IMG/VR virus record: IMGVR_UViG_3300043775_001731
DNA length: 64,000 nucleotides
Source of the DNA: a virus
Strand: one strand, 5' to 3'
The translations under genes and the position numbers were made by a program. The first letter of the stretch is position 1. Every line of letters begins with the position of its first letter. Below the pieces are notes generated by a model. It was not told the origin of the DNA and made no database searches. It was given only the letters and a program-made list of their open reading frames with translations. Positions 60,032-64,000 of the stretch are shown in pieces.

Positions 60032-60948
60032 TGTTCAAGACACCGAAAGATTTATTAAAAGCCTATAAAGATGGCTTTGTAGGATCATACTGTGACCCAA
60101 AAGAGTTGGACAAGCTCTTAGGAGAACTGCCACATCCACTATTTGGTGTGGCAGCACATGATTTATATGGTACTGGAAAAGGAAAACTATCCCTACCGTT
60201 TAAGTCTCTCTTGAAGTTTGATCCCTCTTTTGGTCCATCAGAAAGGCAAGTCCAAGGAGATTGTGTTTCACATGCAACGCGAAATAGCGTAGATATTACA
60301 CGCAGTTGTGAAATTATAAATGGACAACGAGAAGAGTTTGTGGCCCGTGGTGCTACTGAAGGTATTTATGGTTCACGCGGACACGGCGGTGAAGGTATGA
60401 CTTGTGGTGGTGCTGCTAAATTCGTCCACCAAAATGGAGGAATATTACTTCGTCAAAAGTACGGAGATTATGATCTTTCAACATATAGTGCTATTGGTGG
60501 CAGATGGGGTCGTACTGGTGTTCCAGAAGAATTAGTAAAAGCAGCAAAGAAACATCAAGTTAAGACTATCAGTTTAATTAACACAATAGATCAAGCCAGA
60601 GATGCAATAGCCAACGGTTATTCTATTAGTGTATGCAGTAATTCTGGATTTAGTTCTAGAAGAGATAAGAATGGTATTGCCGCCCGATCTGGATCATGGG
60701 GTCACGCGATGGCTTGGATTGGGATGGATGATACTCATGAAATTTATAATGAAACACTATTCTTAGTCCAAAACTCTTGGGGGGTTTGGAATAATGGTGA
60801 GAAGCGTTTAGATCAACCAGATGGAAGTTTCTGGATAAGAGAACGAGATGCAGCAGAAATGTTAGCACAGAATGGCTCTTGGGTATTTAGTGATGTAGAC
60901 GGCTTTCCTCCAAGAAAAGTAATTTGGACATTAAAAGATCAATTCTAA
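60028..60948 (+). CDS. papain-like (C1) cysteine peptidase
   Basis: QVQGDCVSHA, GHAMAWIG, QNSWG. Confidence 0.85.
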   Translation: MMFKTPKDLLKAYKDGFVGSYCDPKELDKLLGELPHPLFGVAAHDLYGTGKGKLSLPFKSLLKFDPSFGPSERQVQGDCVSHATRNSVDITRSCEIINGQREEFVARGATEGIYGSRGHGGEGMTCGGAAKFVHQNGGILLRQKYGDYDLSTYSAIGGRWGRTGVPEELVKAAKKHQVKTISLINTIDQARDAIANGYSISVCSNSGFSSRRDKNGIAARSGSWGHAMAWIGMDDTHEIYNETLFLVQNSWGVWNNGEKRLDQPDGSFWIRERDAAEMLAQNGSWVFSDVDGFPPRKVIWTLKDQF

Positions 60949-61211
60949 AAAGGGGTAAAATATGCCAATTTCAACAACAGATGTAATCACTAATGTAGTT
61001 TCTGGTAGAGAAACAATTCAAAACGGTTCAGCCGTTGTATATTGCTGGTTCGGAAAGCCAGTTAGTGGGAGTGGCAATTATCAAGCTCTTATAAGTCCAT
61101 TTGAATATGAGAAATCTTATTCATATACAGCTATAGAAAACAGACTAAAAGATAGATTTGATGACGTTACTTATTATACTACCGGATCTTCTGGCATATT
61201 AGGAGTTTAAG

Positions 61212-62717
61212 ATGGTTGTCACAAGAATACACCAATTACCATCTAGTTCCTCTATAACTCCAGACGATGTTTTGGTAATGGTAGATAATCCAGATGGAAC
61301 ACCTGTAACTAAAAAAATATTATGGAAGGATGTTGATGCACCATCTGGCACTATTACATATGGTCGCCGCAATAATCAGTGGGTTGATATTACATCTCCA
61401 GCTAATTTACAAATTCGTAGAGGAACATTAGCAGAAGTTAATGCAATAACTCCATTAGAAGGTGAGCCTTTATGGGCTACCGACTCCAAAGTATTACGAA
61501 TGGGTGATGGTATTACACAAGGAGGTGTGCCAATAAGTTTTTCTGAAAGCATACCTGCACTAACGACGACTATCACAGGGTCTACTCCAATATATTCAAG
61601 GAATGCAGCCCTTATTACTTTTCCTAAAAACATAATGACAATAAATGGAAATGTGTTAACAGGAACAGGACCGTGGGTTGAAGGTTCGTGGCCCCTCTAT
61701 AATAATCAAGATTTTGTTGATGGTAGAATAGCTACTATTTCATCCAACATAGAAGGTCTTACCGGTAATTTATTTTCTACTATGGGTACTGTCACTAATC
61801 TTACAAGCATATTACTAAATAATTTTAAATATATAAATGGAAATTTGTTTGATTCTACTACGATGAATAGTTTAACAACTCTGTCATTACCAGAAATTGT
61901 ACATATTACTGGGAATTTTGGATTAACAGCAAATGCTCTAACGTCTTTTCAAATGCCAAAGCTCACTTATGCAAAATATTTATTATTTACTGGCTCAAAC
62001 TTGACATCAATAAGCTTACCATTATTAAATACTATTGATTATTTTAATTTAACAGCAAACAGCTTAAGCTCTTTATCTCTACCATCATTACAGTATGTTG
62101 TTACTAGCAACGGTGGAAATTTTAATATCTCTTCGTCTTCTATGACATCAATATCTATTCCATCGATAGTAGCGGTAGGGAGTTCTTTTTCTAGTACCAT
62201 AACATTCACAACCCCCGTTTTACAAACACTAACTCTTCCTTCTCTTGGAACATGGAAAAGTTGTGGTTTGAATGTGTCTATAACTAATGCTTCGCTAAAT
62301 CAAAGTAGTGTTGATAATTTATTAGCAACATTCGCATACATGGATGGAACTAATGGAACAACATCTTATGGATCTCCTAATGCAAGAAGTATCAATATTA
62401 GTGGAGGGTCTAGCGCATCTCCTTCAAATTTAGGCAGTATTACTACCAATGGTTCAAATTTCGTTTGTTCTGGTACAACTTGTACTGTAAATTTAACTAA
62501 TCATGGATATCTCAGTGGAGATGTATTAAGAGTCAGTGGAATTACAACAGCTACAAATGCAAACAGGTATGCTGTTATTACGGTAACTAATAGTAATCAA
62601 TTTACTTATACTATATCATCTCAAACAGCAACTGGTGCTGGCACAGCCACTATCATTAAAGCTGGCTCTAGTGCAAAAGCATTAGTAACCAGAGGAGTAA
62701 CACTAACTACTAACTAA
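61212..62717 (+). CDS. tail fibre / receptor-binding-like protein with LRR-like repeats
   Basis: LQIRRGT..PLEGE...RMGDG; repeated LTSISLP motifs. Confidence 0.65.
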   Translation: MVVTRIHQLPSSSSITPDDVLVMVDNPDGTPVTKKILWKDVDAPSGTITYGRRNNQWVDITSPANLQIRRGTLAEVNAITPLEGEPLWATDSKVLRMGDGITQGGVPISFSESIPALTTTITGSTPIYSRNAALITFPKNIMTINGNVLTGTGPWVEGSWPLYNNQDFVDGRIATISSNIEGLTGNLFSTMGTVTNLTSILLNNFKYINGNLFDSTTMNSLTTLSLPEIVHITGNFGLTANALTSFQMPKLTYAKYLLFTGSNLTSISLPLLNTIDYFNLTANSLSSLSLPSLQYVVTSNGGNFNISSSSMTSISIPSIVAVGSSFSSTITFTTPVLQTLTLPSLGTWKSCGLNVSITNASLNQSSVDNLLATFAYMDGTNGTTSYGSPNARSINISGGSSASPSNLGSITTNGSNFVCSGTTCTVNLTNHGYLSGDVLRVSGITTATNANRYAVITVTNSNQFTYTISSQTATGAGTATIIKAGSSAKALVTRGVTLTTN

Positions 62718-62718
62718 T

Positions 62719-63930
62719 ATGTATCCATCTGTAAATCATCCAATTAACTGCGGTTTAGCATCAACCGTAAACTTCAATAATTATGCTAAAAAAAGGATTA
62801 GCGATAGATCTTTTGACATTGTAGGTAATGTCATAAATAGAATTACAGTGTCTGGCTCTAATTCTATAGCTTATGATAAAGATAAAATGCTCAATAGGCA
62901 AACTAGTGCTGAATATGTTACAGATTTTACTATACAAAATATATTCAATCAATCTACATTCAATAGCCTTGTTAAATTTTCATCATCCAATCCATCTGTA
63001 TTAACTATAAATAATAATGGTGGAATAGCTACGTATCAGAATGATGGATATTGTACTATTACAGCAATATCTAATGATGGTGAAACATCAGCAATAGGAC
63101 TGTATGCTCAAAAAACATATTCTGGAAATATAGACTCTTTTAACAGTTGGGCTAATAATTCATTAGCAAAAAATACTACTGATGCCATCGACAGTCGTAT
63201 AAGCAACAAAGTTCCCGGTTACTCAAAACCTATTTTTTCTAATATAAACAACTCATCTAATATTTATATTAGAAATACAGGATGTTGGGTTTCAGACATA
63301 GATTTAACGTGCATAAGTCCATGGAACTCATATGGTGGCAATAATATGGCGGGAGTACTTATTTCTCCTCGTCATGTTTTATTTGCCGCCCACTATCAAC
63401 CACCAGTAGGAACAACAATAAGATATGTCACATCAGACAATATTGTTATTAATAGAACTATTGAAACATTGCAAACAGATCCTTCATACACTCCATATTA
63501 TCCAGATATAACTATTGGTGTATTAAATTCTGATGTTCCTAATAGTATATCATTTGCTAAAATTTTGCCAGAAAACTGGACATCGTATTTACCTTCTATT
63601 TCTCATCCAATAAAACTTCCAGTTTTAATAACGGATCAAGAAAAAAAAGCTATGGTTGCTGATTTATATGCAATATCTAATCAAGTTGTACTGATGCGCC
63701 CGACAAATTCTTTTAGATTATCATTTTATGAAGATATTATTGGCGGAGATTCTGGTAGTCCATCATTTCTAATAATTAACAATCAATTAGTAGTTCTTAC
63801 AGTTTGGACTAGTTCTAGTTTGGGTACATTTATAACTCAAAGAAAAAATGCTATCAACACAATGATGTCTCAGCTTGGCGGTGGGTATCAACTAACTGAA
63901 ATAGATCTTTCATCTTTTTTATCTTATTAG
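62719..63930 (+). CDS. Ig-like + trypsin-like serine protease protein (virion-associated)
   Basis: FSSSNPSVLTI (Big_2-like); ISPRHVLFAAHY, DITIG, GDSGSP. Confidence 0.7.
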   Translation: MYPSVNHPINCGLASTVNFNNYAKKRISDRSFDIVGNVINRITVSGSNSIAYDKDKMLNRQTSAEYVTDFTIQNIFNQSTFNSLVKFSSSNPSVLTINNNGGIATYQNDGYCTITAISNDGETSAIGLYAQKTYSGNIDSFNSWANNSLAKNTTDAIDSRISNKVPGYSKPIFSNINNSSNIYIRNTGCWVSDIDLTCISPWNSYGGNNMAGVLISPRHVLFAAHYQPPVGTTIRYVTSDNIVINRTIETLQTDPSYTPYYPDITIGVLNSDVPNSISFAKILPENWTSYLPSISHPIKLPVLITDQEKKAMVADLYAISNQVVLMRPTNSFRLSFYEDIIGGDSGSPSFLIINNQLVVLTVWTSSSLGTFITQRKNAINTMMSQLGGGYQLTEIDLSSFLSY

Positions 63931-63939
63931 GAGTTTAAT

Positions 63940-64000
63940 ATGGGTGTTGTAAAAATAACGCAGTTACCATCAGTATCATCTGTAACAGATGATGATCTTT
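63940..64000 (+). CDS. partial tail-associated protein, N-terminus paralogous to 61212
   Basis: MGVVKITQLPSVSSVTDDDL vs MVVTRIHQLPSSSSITPDDVL; AGGAG RBS. Confidence 0.6.
   Translation, partial: MGVVKITQLPSVSSVTDDDL

Overview
This window is a 64-kb segment of a large, AT-rich tailed dsDNA phage. It uses the standard genetic code. A Planctomycetota-like host is a weak inference. Layout: (i) 1-11.0 kb, minus strand: a late packaging/structural operon (portal, terminase large subunit, ClpP-like protease, ERCC4 and HNH nucleases, sigma-like factor) with an embedded gmd/GT11/GT2 glycosylation cassette. (ii) 11.2-27 kb, plus strand: an early/host-takeover region of tiny genes, many strong sigma70 promoters and a tRNA cluster. 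(iii) 27-58 kb: accessory and nucleotide-metabolism genes (uvsE, thyX, guaC, deaminases, ssb, rIIA/rIIB), tmRNA, and tRNAs, including tRNA-Leu(UAA) with a group I intron and an unusual tRNA-Ser(ACU). (iv) 58-64 kb: putative lysis and tail genes. The most striking unexplained structure is a regulatory-looking architecture confined to the early region. Nine intergenic loci carry 17 copies of a 29-bp dyad (consensus CGTAAGTCCTT-N7-AAGGACTTAGG), usually paired at exactly 53 bp around a GC-rich linker. These are coupled to sigma54-type (-24/-12) motifs and sit beside sigma70 promoters with a conserved G(C/A)CGAT box. Other findings are a roughly 290-nt pseudoknotted ncRNA candidate, 9-bp-period G-rich tracts, and a GTGTATA candidate late promoter. 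All calls come from reading motifs by eye; no database searches were run.
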